Shown here in pieces: positions 27,726 to 36,663 of a DNA stretch of 50,952 nt. Position numbers and translations under genes: made by a program. Source of the stretch: Alphaproteobacteria bacterium (GTDB lineage Bacteria; Pseudomonadota; Alphaproteobacteria; Rs-D84); assembly GCA_016927395.1 (NCBI GenBank), contig JAFGMU010000010.1, forward strand, positions 1-50,952, written 5' to 3'. The notes beneath the pieces were generated by a model that had not been told where the DNA came from, made no database searches, and was given only the letters and a program-made list of their open reading frames with translations. Position 1 is the stretch's first letter. Each line of letters opens with the position of its first letter.

Positions 27726-27754
27726 TTGATTTTTTTAATCCTGTGCTTTATTAT
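27726..27754 (+). promoter_or_regulatory. sigma70-type promoter TTGATT-17-TATTAT for tRNA-Phe
   Basis: Hexamers at 27726-27731 and 27749-27754, 18 bp upstream of the tRNA 5' end. Confidence 0.5.
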
Positions 27755-27771
27755 CAAATCCGTCTCGTTTT

Positions 27772-27847
27772 GGCTGGGTAGCTCAGTTGGTAGAGCAAGG
27801 GACTGAAAATCCCTGTGTCGGCGGTTCGATTCCGTCCCCAGCCACCA
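27772..27847 (+). tRNA. tRNA-Phe (anticodon GAA), CCA encoded
   Basis: 76-nt cloverleaf read by hand. Acceptor GGCTGGG/CCCAGCC, anticodon arm AGGGA-CTGAAAA-TCCCT, T arm GGCGG-TTCGATT-CCGTC. Confidence 0.95.
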
Positions 27848-27856
27848 GATAATAAT

Positions 27857-27886
27857 AAAATATCCGCTTGCGGGTATTTTTTTATT
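27857..27886 (+). terminator. intrinsic terminator after tRNA-Phe
   Basis: ATATCCG-CTTG-CGGGTAT followed by TTTTTTT. Confidence 0.7.
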
Positions 27887-27994
27887 ATTAATGTTGTTTG
27901 TGCCGAAATGTAATTCCGGTTATATACAGGGATTTGAAGTCCGGGACTGAATCCGAGTATATGAGAACAAGCATAATCTTGTTCAAATAATTAT

Positions 27995-28071
27995 TGAGGA
28001 TACGCGCAGACTGCAAAGCGGTCAAGCGAACATCCCTTTGTCGGCGGTTCGAGCCCCAAACCCAGCCACCA
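27995..28071 (+). pseudogene. decayed tandem copy of tRNA-Phe
   Basis: 77 nt, collinear with tRNA-Phe. The D-arm region matches 10/16, GAA is kept at the anticodon position, and ATCCCT-TGTCGGCGGTTCGA and CCCAGCCACCA are conserved. The 5' acceptor, anticodon stem and T stem can no longer pair. Confidence 0.7.
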
Positions 28072-28082
28072 GACTTATTTTT

Positions 28083-28104
28083 AATCGCCGTATGGCGGTT
28101 TTTT
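28083..28104 (+). terminator. intrinsic terminator (plus-strand oriented)
   Basis: AATCGCC-GTAT-GGCGGTT followed by TTTT. The T-run abuts the gatA stop codon. Confidence 0.55.
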
Positions 28105-29569
28105 ATTTCCCCATAATTTCTGATGGTTTATTGTTCAGACCTGCGAATTCTTCGATATGTTTTGCCAATTGTAATACGCGCATGTCATCAAAAGCGCGGC
28201 CAACAACCTGCATCCCCAATGGTAATTTATTTTCTGCCAAACCGCATGGTACGCTGCATGCCGGTATTCCCGCCAGGTTCATTGCAACAGTGAATAAATC
28301 CAATGCATAATATTCCAAAGGCGATAAATCAGAATCCAAAGGCAGAGCGGTTCCGGCGCTGGATGGACATACAATTAAATCGCATTGTTCAAAAGCGCGA
28401 TTGAATGCATCAGCAATCAGTCTGCGAACGCGTGCCGCCTGCATAAAATAAACTTCATACGATTCGCTGGATAAAACAGCCGTTCCGACAACCATGCGAC
28501 GTTGAACTTCTTCGCCAAATCCGGCGGCGCGTGTTTTCTTATATGTATCAATTAAATCTTTGCCTTCGACCCGCAATCCGTAACGCATACCATCATATCG
28601 CGCCAGGTTAGATGATGCCTCGGCTGGGGCAATAATGTAGTAAGCAGCCAAAGCGTCCAAAATGTTTGGAATTGAAACAGTTATAATTTCCGCACCTGAT
28701 TTTTTCAAATCTTCAATCCGTTCATCAAATAATTTTTTCATGTCAGGTGATATTTCGACATCGTCAAATTCTTTGATAACACCAATTTTTAATTTGTTTA
28801 ATCCGATTTGTGTTAAGCGATCTTTTACATAAAATCCCGCATTTGCAGATGTTGAGTCTTTTTCATCATAACCTGCCATCGCAGATAATAATAATGCAGC
28901 ATCATCAACAGTGCGTGCAATCGGGCCTGGTGTATCCAGCGAACTTGCAAATGCAACACAACCCCAACGTGAACATAAACCGTATGTTGGTTTCATTCCA
29001 ACCAATCCAGTGATTGCCGCAGGGAAACGAATTGAACCACCTGTGTCTGTTCCGGTTCCACCAATGGCAAGTCCGCTTGCAACTGCGCTGGTGGTGCCGC
29101 CCGATGATCCGCCAGCTGTTAATTTATTTTCAATTTGATATGGACTGATGGGTGCACCAAAGAAACTGGTCTTGCTGAAAGTACCCATTGCAAATTCATC
29201 CAAATTTGTTTTTCCCAAAAGTACTGTTCCAGCATCAATAAATTTTTGTGATACTGTTGATTCATATTCGGGGGTAAAGTTTTCCAAAATGTGGCTGGCC
29301 GCAGTTGTGCGAATACCACGTGTGGCAAATAAATCTTTCATTCCGATTGGAATACCATCCAATGGCAGGGGATTTCCAGCCGCATATCTTTTATCAGATT
29401 CAGCTGCATCCGCCAGGGCACGTTCAGGTGTCAAAGTGATATAGCAGTTTAATTGGTCACCAAATTTTTCAATTCGGTCCAAGTATGCGCGTGTCAACTC
29501 GGTAGCAGTAATCTCACCAGATTTCAGTTTTTCTAAAGCTTCGGCAATTGTCAGGTCTGTCAGGTTCAT
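28103..29569 (-). CDS. gatA: Asp/Glu-tRNA amidotransferase subunit A
   Basis: Amidase signature with TAGGSSGGTTSAVASG. Start set to ATG 29569 (MNLTDLTIAEALE...), 1 nt after the gatC stop; ATG 29578 is also possible. Confidence 0.93.
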   Translation of the reverse strand: MNLTDLTIAEALEKLKSGEITATELTRAYLDRIEKFGDQLNCYITLTPERALADAAESDKRYAAGNPLPLDGIPIGMKDLFATRGIRTTAASHILENFTPEYESTVSQKFIDAGTVLLGKTNLDEFAMGTFSKTSFFGAPISPYQIENKLTAGGSSGGTTSAVASGLAIGGTGTDTGGSIRFPAAITGLVGMKPTYGLCSRWGCVAFASSLDTPGPIARTVDDAALLLSAMAGYDEKDSTSANAGFYVKDRLTQIGLNKLKIGVIKEFDDVEISPDMKKLFDERIEDLKKSGAEIITVSIPNILDALAAYYIIAPAEASSNLARYDGMRYGLRVEGKDLIDTYKKTRAAGFGEEVQRRMVVGTAVLSSESYEVYFMQAARVRRLIADAFNRAFEQCDLIVCPSSAGTALPLDSDLSPLEYYALDLFTVAMNLAGIPACSVPCGLAENKLPLGMQVVGRAFDDMRVLQLAKHIEEFAGLNNKPSEIMGK

Positions 29570-29570
29570 T

Positions 29571-29864
29571 TTATTCATCCATAACTTTTGGTACGGCAAA
29601 ATATCCAGCACGTTTTCCGGTTTCATCAGGTGCATTCTTTAATAATAAATCACGAATATTTTTATCGGTTACGACATCAGTACGGCGTAGCAGTGAATGC
29701 TGTACCGGTGACAGCATCGGTTCAACACCAGTTGTATCGATTTTTTGCAATTTATCCAACCATTCTATAACTGAATCAATTTTCATTTTTTCCAGTTTTT
29801 CATCTGAAATTTCAATTCTTATTAAATGGGCAAATTTCTGCAATTGTTGCTTGCTAAATGACAT
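29571..29864 (-). CDS. gatC: Asp/Glu-tRNA amidotransferase subunit C
   Basis: 97 aa from ATG 29864 (AGGA upstream). Typical GatC size and its position directly upstream of gatA. Confidence 0.88.
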   Translation of the reverse strand: MSFSKQQLQKFAHLIRIEISDEKLEKMKIDSVIEWLDKLQKIDTTGVEPMLSPVQHSLLRRTDVVTDKNIRDLLLKNAPDETGKRAGYFAVPKVMDE

Positions 29865-29900
29865 TGTTAATCCTATCATTAAAATTCAAAGGATTATACA

Positions 29901-30344
29901 ATGATTTTGCCAGATTTCAAGGATTTTCCAACAACGGGGCGTATATTGGGAATTGATTGGGGTGCACGGCGCGTTGGGTTGGCTGTGTCTGATCCCAGCC
30001 AGGAATTTGTTTTTGTCCGCCCACAATTGGAATACAAAAATGAACCAATTTTGGAAAAAATTGTGAAAATCGCAATAACAGAGCAATCAGTGGGTATAGT
30101 TATAGGACTACCAATTCGCAGTGATGGAACGGAATCAGAAACTACAAAAATGGTGCGTGGATTTGCAAATGAATTGTCAAAAAAAACGAATTTGCCAATA
30201 GTCTTTACTGATGAAAGTTTAACCAGTTTCGAAGCAAGTGAAAACTTGTCTGGTATTCGTAACAAAAAAAATGTATTGGATTCCGAAAGCGCCAAGGTAA
30301 TATTGGAAAATGCAATCGCAATAATTAAAAGAATAAGAAAATGA
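29901..30344 (+). CDS. ruvX: YqgF/RuvX-like putative pre-16S rRNA nuclease
   Basis: 147 aa. ILGIDWGARRVGLAVSD, VIGLPIRSDGTES and TDESLTS motifs. Confidence 0.88.
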   Translation: MILPDFKDFPTTGRILGIDWGARRVGLAVSDPSQEFVFVRPQLEYKNEPILEKIVKIAITEQSVGIVIGLPIRSDGTESETTKMVRGFANELSKKTNLPIVFTDESLTSFEASENLSGIRNKKNVLDSESAKVILENAIAIIKRIRK

Positions 30345-30964
30345 ATATAATTTATTTGCAAAATGATTTGTCAGATCAACAAGTCAAAGAATTATCAAAA
30401 TCACCAGACTTGGCGGTGGATACCGAATTGACCGGGCTGGATGTCAAAGGGGACCATTTGTGTTTGGTTCAATTACGTGCGCGTGATTCTGATGATTTTT
30501 ATCTGGTACAGATTCGTGATAATCAAGAATATCCAAATTTGGCAAAATTGCTATCAAATCCAAAAATTACAAAAATATTTCATTATGCGCGTATGGATAT
30601 GCTGATGATTTACAAACGTTTTGGGGTTTGGACAATGCCTGTTTTTTGCACAAAAATTGGAACATTATTGGCGCGTCCAAAAAAGGGCCACGCACTGCAC
30701 AATGTATTAAAAGAATTGTTCAAAGTTGAAATGGATGGGTCCGAAACTTGTTCAGATTGGACAAAAAAGTTAAGCAAGAATCAGCAAAAGTATGCTGCAA
30801 CCGATGTTATGTATTTGCACATGTTAAAAGATTATTTGGTTGATGCATTGCGTGATACAAATCGATTTGAATTGGCAAATAAATGTTTTGAATTTTTACC
30901 AACCCGCTGCGAAATTGATATGGATTGGGGCGAACGCGATATTTTTGGATACAATCCAAAGTAA
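30341..30964 (+). CDS. 3'-5' exonuclease, short RNase D-like (DEDD family)
   Basis: 207 aa. ExoI LAVDTELTGL, ExoII KIFHYARMDMLMI, ExoIII YAATDVMYLH. 4-bp overlap with ruvX. Confidence 0.8.
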   Translation: MNIIYLQNDLSDQQVKELSKSPDLAVDTELTGLDVKGDHLCLVQLRARDSDDFYLVQIRDNQEYPNLAKLLSNPKITKIFHYARMDMLMIYKRFGVWTMPVFCTKIGTLLARPKKGHALHNVLKELFKVEMDGSETCSDWTKKLSKNQQKYAATDVMYLHMLKDYLVDALRDTNRFELANKCFEFLPTRCEIDMDWGERDIFGYNPK

Positions 30965-30988
30965 AAAACCGCCGATTGGCGGTTTTTA
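30963..30988. terminator. bidirectional intrinsic terminator
   Basis: AAAAAACCGCC-GATT-GGCGGTTTTT between convergent genes. Confidence 0.85.
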
Positions 30989-30989
30989 G

Positions 30990-32033
30990 TTATTCGTCCT
31001 TTTTATCTGGGATTTCACCGTTGGCCGATAGTAATACTGCAATCCAACGAGTTGAATCAAACTGGGCGGTGATAATAAATGTCGCCACCAATAATGGCAC
31101 ACTGAAGAACATTCCAGCAACACCCCATAACATTCCCCAAAATACCAAGTTTATCAAGATTGCCAAAGTTGACAGGTTTAACGTCTTGCCGGTCAGTCTG
31201 GGTTCTATGATATTTCCCAAAAGTATTTGCAATCCAATCAATCCGACAGCAGTCAATATTGGTAAATTCATTGTATCGGCTGTTATCAATGAATACATTA
31301 TTGGTAATGTGCATGCGACAATAGAACCAAAGGTTGGAATATAATTCATTATAAATACAATAAATGCCCATATTCCTGCAAATTCCAATCCTAAATAGTG
31401 CAACCAGAAATATGATAATATACCAGTAGATGCAGAAATAAACGTTTTCATAAACATATATTTTTTCATATTTTCATCGATGCTGGTCAGAATATAACGT
31501 GTCTTTTTTGATTGTGTTTTGTTTGGAAACAGTGCACTGAATTTTTTACCAAAAGTGCTTTGTTCAATAAACATAAAGAATATATAAATTAAAATCATAC
31601 CGGTTGTTGTAACAATTCCAGCCGCCGAAGAACTGATATTTGTAATAATGTTTGACATGTTTGGCAAATTATCAGGGTTAAATGAAAATCCAAAAAATCC
31701 AGATAAATAATCACCTAATAAAATCAATTTTTCTTGAATTTCTGGCAAAGCAGCTATCAGTTCTGAAAACATAGGTCTGATTTGAGTTATAAATAAATAC
31801 GTCAATCCACCAAATGTTATTACTGCTAAAATTTTGGATACCCAATCAAAAATCTTGGATGGTATTTTTGATTTATTTTTTTCAATTATTTTAAATGGCA
31901 TTACTTTTCTGTAATATGCCGAAATCGCATTAACTAAATACCAAATAAAAGCAGCAACCAATATCGGTATAAAAATAGATCGTCCCAACCAAAGAATAAA
32001 AACAACACCTACAAATAAAATTAAACCGTTCAT
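30990..32033 (-). CDS. AI-2E (PerM/YhhT) family transporter
   Basis: 347 aa, multi-pass. NYIPTFGSIVA motif typical of the family. Confidence 0.75.
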   Translation of the reverse strand: MNGLILFVGVVFILWLGRSIFIPILVAAFIWYLVNAISAYYRKVMPFKIIEKNKSKIPSKIFDWVSKILAVITFGGLTYLFITQIRPMFSELIAALPEIQEKLILLGDYLSGFFGFSFNPDNLPNMSNIITNISSSAAGIVTTTGMILIYIFFMFIEQSTFGKKFSALFPNKTQSKKTRYILTSIDENMKKYMFMKTFISASTGILSYFWLHYLGLEFAGIWAFIVFIMNYIPTFGSIVACTLPIMYSLITADTMNLPILTAVGLIGLQILLGNIIEPRLTGKTLNLSTLAILINLVFWGMLWGVAGMFFSVPLLVATFIITAQFDSTRWIAVLLSANGEIPDKKDE

Positions 32034-32059
32034 ATTATCATCCTGTGTTAATTACAGTT

Positions 32060-32986
32060 CTATTTTTTTACATTATCGGTTATTTGGACTGTTTCATATT
32101 GCATTGATACATTTGATGTTTTTGGTGAAAACAACAAAAAACCTGTAAATGTAAGAATAATTGCAATATTCATAATCCAAACGAATGTTGAAAAAGTACC
32201 ACCAATTGATTTTTGAAACTTGTTCAAGCCTGTAGCCCATACCCACACCCCAAACACAAGTGCAAATAATATAGTCAGTGTGCTGGAATATGTATCAAAG
32301 AACAATCCAGATAAAATCGTAACTATTAGAAACACTATCATAGTGTTAATAGGTTTTGAAATAACCCAGTCTGTAAATCTGGAGTACCATTTTGTTTTAA
32401 TATCAATAGAACTTTTTGTTTTTTTATCTTCTGGTAACAGATAATTAGAAACCCAAAACATTGAAAACATAAAAGGCATAGATAAAATAATTTTCCATTT
32501 TGGTACACCCATTGAAACTGCGCGACGGAATATCACATAAATATTGGAAACCATCAAACCAATAATGTACAAATAAATCATAGATCCCAAAGTTGCGGTT
32601 AATAAGAAAAATAGCATTGAATAATTTTGTAACCAAATTGTATAGAATACCAAATCACGCGCGCTGCTGGCGATAAACAAAGTCATAATAATAAATATTG
32701 AAAAATAAATAATACTAAGACCATTATCAATTGCAATAAAACTACGTCTGTCCAAAATATCTTTTGGCAGTCGCTTAATTAACAAGGCAACGTTTATGAT
32801 AATTACGGAAAATATCAGAATTAAAAATGGTATTGATGACATAACCATATCTTTGTAAAAAATTTCGCGTGCTAATATATAAACAAAAGACACACCCAAA
32901 GCAGACAAAAATGATATTATTGCGAATCTGACAGGTTCTGAAAAAAGCCAGGATAACAGTTTTGATTTTGTTGTTTTTTGTACCAT
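32060..32986 (-). CDS. multi-pass membrane protein, unknown function (308 aa)
   Basis: About 8 hydrophobic segments. Sits in the operon between sufC and the AI-2E transporter. No family recognised. Confidence 0.5.
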   Translation of the reverse strand: MVQKTTKSKLLSWLFSEPVRFAIISFLSALGVSFVYILAREIFYKDMVMSSIPFLILIFSVIIINVALLIKRLPKDILDRRSFIAIDNGLSIIYFSIFIIMTLFIASSARDLVFYTIWLQNYSMLFFLLTATLGSMIYLYIIGLMVSNIYVIFRRAVSMGVPKWKIILSMPFMFSMFWVSNYLLPEDKKTKSSIDIKTKWYSRFTDWVISKPINTMIVFLIVTILSGLFFDTYSSTLTILFALVFGVWVWATGLNKFQKSIGGTFSTFVWIMNIAIILTFTGFLLFSPKTSNVSMQYETVQITDNVKK

Positions 32987-33013
32987 TTTATAATCCTTTC
33001 TTAATTGCTTTAA

Positions 33014-33691
33014 TTATAACATAATTTTGCCTGATGACAAATATGTTGTTTTTGATGGTGCAACCAGTTCAGTAAACTTTTCCTGATGACTGATAAATAG
33101 GAAAGTTGTCTGTTTCATTTCGTTTATAACACTTACTATCATTTCCTGGACGGATTTATCTGCACCAGAATCTGGTTCGTCCAAAATTGCCAACTTTGGC
33201 TTTGTCATTAATAATCGCATTAACATCAATCTTTTGCGTTCTCCGCCAGAAAATCCGACATTTATACTGCGGTTTAACCAAGTTTTTGGAATATCCAATC
33301 GTTCACGAATTTTTTCTAATTCTGTCAAAAATTCACCCATAGAAAGATCTTTGCCGGTTTGGAAATGTCTATGCGCAATTGCAGAATGTTTTAAAAAACT
33401 TATTACAGTTAATCCTGGAATTTCTGGGACATTTTGGGCACCCAGAAAAATTCCCATCAGCGCGCGTGTTGTTGCATTTTCATTAGTTACATCGCGACCA
33501 TCAAAAATTATTTTACCACTGTCAATTTTATATTCATTATTTCCAGCAATTGTCTGGACCAGTGTTGATTTACCACTGCCATTATGTCCAGCCAACAAAT
33601 GGCGTTCACCATTATCAATTGACATATTTATATCTTCTAATAATTTTTTTTCGCCCAGACTTACAGACAAATTTTTTATTTCTAATAACAT
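33014..33691 (-). CDS. sufC: Fe-S cluster assembly ATPase SufC
   Basis: 225 aa. Walker A GHNGSGKST, signature FSGGERKR, Walker B LAILDEPDSG, H-loop ISH. Confidence 0.92.
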   Translation of the reverse strand: MLLEIKNLSVSLGEKKLLEDINMSIDNGERHLLAGHNGSGKSTLVQTIAGNNEYKIDSGKIIFDGRDVTNENATTRALMGIFLGAQNVPEIPGLTVISFLKHSAIAHRHFQTGKDLSMGEFLTELEKIRERLDIPKTWLNRSINVGFSGGERKRLMLMRLLMTKPKLAILDEPDSGADKSVQEMIVSVINEMKQTTFLFISHQEKFTELVAPSKTTYLSSGKIML

Positions 33692-33694
33692 TTT

Positions 33695-35026
33695 TTACTC
33701 TTTTGATAATGCCATTTTAATCAATTGTTTACTTTCAACCAAAAATTCCATGGGTAGCCGTGAAATAATCGGATTTGCCAGACCACTGATTATCAGGGCG
33801 GTCGCTTCGTCTTCATCGATACCTGATTGTTCCAGATAAAGCAGGGTGGTCGGATCAATTGAACCGGTGGTCGCTTCGTGGCTTTGTTCATTTTCGCCGT
33901 TGCTGTGAATAATTCTGGGAATGGTATTTGCAATTGCATCGTTTCCGATAATTCTGCTGTCGCACTTGCAAGCGTTTTTACAACCAGTTCCAGAAAAAGA
34001 AACAAGACTGCGGAATGTTTGAACAGAATCTTCCAATGCGACGCCGTATGAAACAATGTTTGATTTAGAATTGTTTCCAAGATGAATCATTTTTGTACCA
34101 GTATCTGCCTGTTGTGCACCACGTGTAATTGTTAGGGAATAAAAATCACTGGATGAATTGTCCCCAGCCAGAATCGTTGAAGGATATTTCCATGTCATCG
34201 AAGATCCAATTTCAACCTGGGTCCAATCCAGGCGCGCGCCATTAAAACATTTTCCGCGTTTTGTTACAAAATTCAAAATTCCACCAATTTGGTTTTTATT
34301 TTTTTTATAATCACCCGCATACCAGTTTTGAACAGTTGCATATTTTACAATTGAATTATCCAATGCCACAACTTCGACCACGCCGCTATGCAACTGGTGA
34401 TTTGGACGGCGGGGGGCGCTGCAACCTTCTAGATACGATACTTCTGAGCCTTCTTCGGCGATGATAAGTGTTCTTTCAAATTGTCCAATTTTTGCAGTTT
34501 CGATACGGAAATAACTGGCTAAATCAATCGGGCACTTAGTATTTTTTGGAATATAAACAAATGTCCCATCGGAAAAAACAGCTGCATTCAGGGCTGCAAA
34601 AAAGTTATCGGTTGGTGGTACAACTGTACCTAAATATTTTTTTACTAAATCTGGATGTTTTTCAACTGCTTCGGAGAATGGTAAAAATATAATACCAAGT
34701 TTGGATAAATCTTCGGTATAAGATGTGTGGACCGAACGGCTATCTATTACAGTATCTGTTGCCATTCCCATCAAAGCTTTTTGTTCTGACTCTGGTAATC
34801 CCATTGTTTCATAAACAGATTTCAAATCAGAATTATCAACAGGTTGTGGATTATTATAATAGTTTAAAGAATCATAATCGATTGGTTGGTAATTTATTTC
34901 CGCCCAGTGAGGTTCAGTCATTTTTTTCCATGAATCAAAAGCAGCCAGACGCCAAGATGTCAACCAGTCAGGTTCATTTCGAAGGGCAGAAATTTCCCGA
35001 ATAAGATTCTGTGAAAGTTTTTGCAT
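33695..35026 (-). CDS. sufB: Fe-S cluster assembly scaffold SufB
   Basis: 443 aa. N-terminal EPDWLTSWRLAAFDSW block and C-terminal beta-helix blocks FYSLTITRGAQQADTGTKMIHLGNNSKSNIVSYGVA and HEATTGSIDPTTLLYL. Confidence 0.88.
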   Translation of the reverse strand: MQKLSQNLIREISALRNEPDWLTSWRLAAFDSWKKMTEPHWAEINYQPIDYDSLNYYNNPQPVDNSDLKSVYETMGLPESEQKALMGMATDTVIDSRSVHTSYTEDLSKLGIIFLPFSEAVEKHPDLVKKYLGTVVPPTDNFFAALNAAVFSDGTFVYIPKNTKCPIDLASYFRIETAKIGQFERTLIIAEEGSEVSYLEGCSAPRRPNHQLHSGVVEVVALDNSIVKYATVQNWYAGDYKKNKNQIGGILNFVTKRGKCFNGARLDWTQVEIGSSMTWKYPSTILAGDNSSSDFYSLTITRGAQQADTGTKMIHLGNNSKSNIVSYGVALEDSVQTFRSLVSFSGTGCKNACKCDSRIIGNDAIANTIPRIIHSNGENEQSHEATTGSIDPTTLLYLEQSGIDEDEATALIISGLANPIISRLPMEFLVESKQLIKMALSKE

Positions 35027-35029
35027 TTT

Positions 35030-35578
35030 TTATTCCGCGGCAGCTAGCTGTTTGGCCTGTCCGAAAAATGTCACAGATTGACCCAACAGACCATCAGTAA
35101 ATGTAGTTGATAAAATTCCATCAGGTTCAGTTGCAGTTAAATGACGTAAAAATCCATCAGCACGATTTATATAGTTATCAACACTGCGTGAAACCTCTGG
35201 ATCTAATTTAATGGCGCGACGCAATTTTTCAAGCGTAAATGGATTTTTTGCATATTCGTCCATAATTCCACCCAGTGCACGCCAAAGTGGATGTTCAGCA
35301 GTATTTCTGGGCATTATATCTATTTTTGCCATAATTGGGATAAGATTTTGCAGCAAATCTTGGTAAATCATTTCTGCGTTTTCGGTCACCACGTTTGTTG
35401 CATATTTACTTTTTAAAATTGCCTGCATTTTTATCATAAGCGTATATTGATGCGCCAATGTTTTTGTCAGATTTTTTATTTTTGTATTTAAACCCAAAAT
35501 CAAGAATAAAATCGTAATAACAGCTAAAACTATAAAACCAATAGAAATAGTATAAAACAATAACGTAAAATTATTCAT
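35030..35578 (-). CDS. membrane-anchored hypothetical protein (182 aa)
   Basis: N-terminal TM (LLFYTISIGFIVLAVITILFLILG) plus a helical soluble domain. First gene of the sufBC-containing operon. Confidence 0.5.
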   Translation of the reverse strand: MNNFTLLFYTISIGFIVLAVITILFLILGLNTKIKNLTKTLAHQYTLMIKMQAILKSKYATNVVTENAEMIYQDLLQNLIPIMAKIDIMPRNTAEHPLWRALGGIMDEYAKNPFTLEKLRRAIKLDPEVSRSVDNYINRADGFLRHLTATEPDGILSTTFTDGLLGQSVTFFGQAKQLAAAE

Positions 35579-35709
35579 AAATGGGCTCCTGGTGTTGATG
35601 CGGCCAGTATAACATTTTTTCTCGATTCGTGCGAATTTTTATAATGTGGTTGTTTTAATTATTTGTACATATGGTGCTGTTTTTAGGTCTTGCACAGATT
35701 CGGTCAACT

Positions 35710-35718
35710 TGTTATAAT
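35710..35718 (+). promoter_or_regulatory. extended -10 element TGTTATAAT
   Basis: TGnTATAAT match 42 bp upstream of ATG 35760. Confidence 0.45.
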
Positions 35719-35759
35719 ATGTCCATGATAATATGAAACTTTTAGTAAAGGAAGCCTTG

Positions 35760-36632
35760 ATGTTCCGTAAGATTTTTATAACAGCTATGTTTGCAACCAC
35801 AGCGGGATATTGCTTTGCGGCGCAAAACACTCCACAAATCGTAACGTCCGAGGTTATGTATAAACAACAGGACGTATCTGCGAATAATAATTCAGTGTAT
35901 AATCAAAAACCAGTTGTAGAAGTTCCAAGTTGGCCAATTGCAGGTTCTGATGCTGATGTTAATGTTTCATGTGATTCAGGAAATGCAGATTGCAGCAATA
36001 ATAAGAATTCAGATAATATAAAGATTGTTTCAAAAATTGGTTCCGATTTAGTAGTTGAAAATAACTTTAATATGCCAGTCGGCGATAATTCTTCAAATTG
36101 GTCAGGTGGTGCGGATATGTTGCATGGCACGCAGGTTCCAGCAGGTTTTGATGATGAATGCAATACACAGGCTGAAATGCCCTTAATGCATCGTGAAATG
36201 TTGGAAGATGATGGTGGCGAAGTTCTGGCAGTATCGCGCAGTTCACGTCAAAAATGCAGCGGTAATAAGTTATCCGCTGGTTCTGGGGTTATAAAAGAAA
36301 GCACCACAGAAACAAAATCCGAAGATATATCTGTTGATCAATCTGCTGATGCCGAAGCGCCCCAGGGCGTTCAGGACCAAGTTCGCAGTTGGGTTGTTGC
36401 CAGTGGTCAAAACTTGCGTGATGTCTTGCAAGATTGGTGCAACAAAGAAGGTTGGGATTTTGTTTGGGCGACTTCACGCGAATATCCAATAGAAGCAAGT
36501 GCTGTTTTCAAAGGACGTTTTGTAGACGTATCATCTGCATTGGTTCGTAACTTTGGACGCGCACACCCAATACCTTATGCTAAGTTTTATAAAGGAAACA
36601 GAGTGTTGGTTGTTTCAACAACAGAAGAATAA
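35760..36632 (+). CDS. secreted protein with C-terminal TcpQ/PilL-like domain
   Basis: 290 aa from ATG 35760 (AGGAAG upstream). Signal peptide MFRKIFITAMFATTAGYCFAAQ. C-terminal SWVVASGQNLRDVLQDWCNKEGWDFVW...AKFYKGNRVLVV matches the TcpQ/PilL domain pattern as I recall it. Confidence 0.6.
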   Translation: MFRKIFITAMFATTAGYCFAAQNTPQIVTSEVMYKQQDVSANNNSVYNQKPVVEVPSWPIAGSDADVNVSCDSGNADCSNNKNSDNIKIVSKIGSDLVVENNFNMPVGDNSSNWSGGADMLHGTQVPAGFDDECNTQAEMPLMHREMLEDDGGEVLAVSRSSRQKCSGNKLSAGSGVIKESTTETKSEDISVDQSADAEAPQGVQDQVRSWVVASGQNLRDVLQDWCNKEGWDFVWATSREYPIEASAVFKGRFVDVSSALVRNFGRAHPIPYAKFYKGNRVLVVSTTEE

Positions 36633-36663
36633 AAAATAAAAAGGGCCCAGGAGAGGATTAAAT

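Noticed and set aside
27995-28104. Possible permuted (two-piece) alphaproteobacterial tmRNA acceptor piece, because of the T-loop-like GGTTCGA and the ...CCAGCCACCA 3' end followed by a terminator.
   Set aside because: The acceptor sequence is that of tRNA-Phe (G1-C72, G2-C71, C3-G70), with no G3:U70 alanine identity. The T stem cannot pair. No coding piece starting with the complementary 5' acceptor strand follows, because gatA begins at 28103. Collinearity with tRNA-Phe over the full 77 nt explains it better as a decayed duplicate.
29894-30361. 155-aa minus-strand ORF covering the ruvX locus.
   Set aside because: The plus-strand frame carries clear YqgF/RuvX motifs (GIDWGARRVGLAVSD, GLPIRSDGTES). 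The antisense ORF is low-complexity, with no SD or motifs. It is a shadow ORF.
33234-33839. 201-aa plus-strand ORF antisense to sufC/sufB. Similar long antisense ORFs lie at 46714-47217 (parE), 37410-37838 (secretin), 14247-14603 (tatB), 8378-8812 (sufS), 28911-29444 (gatA) and 49187-49576 (dnaJ).
   Set aside because: Each overlaps a gene with unmistakable family motifs on the other strand. They lack SD sequences and show composition typical of antisense frames of real genes.
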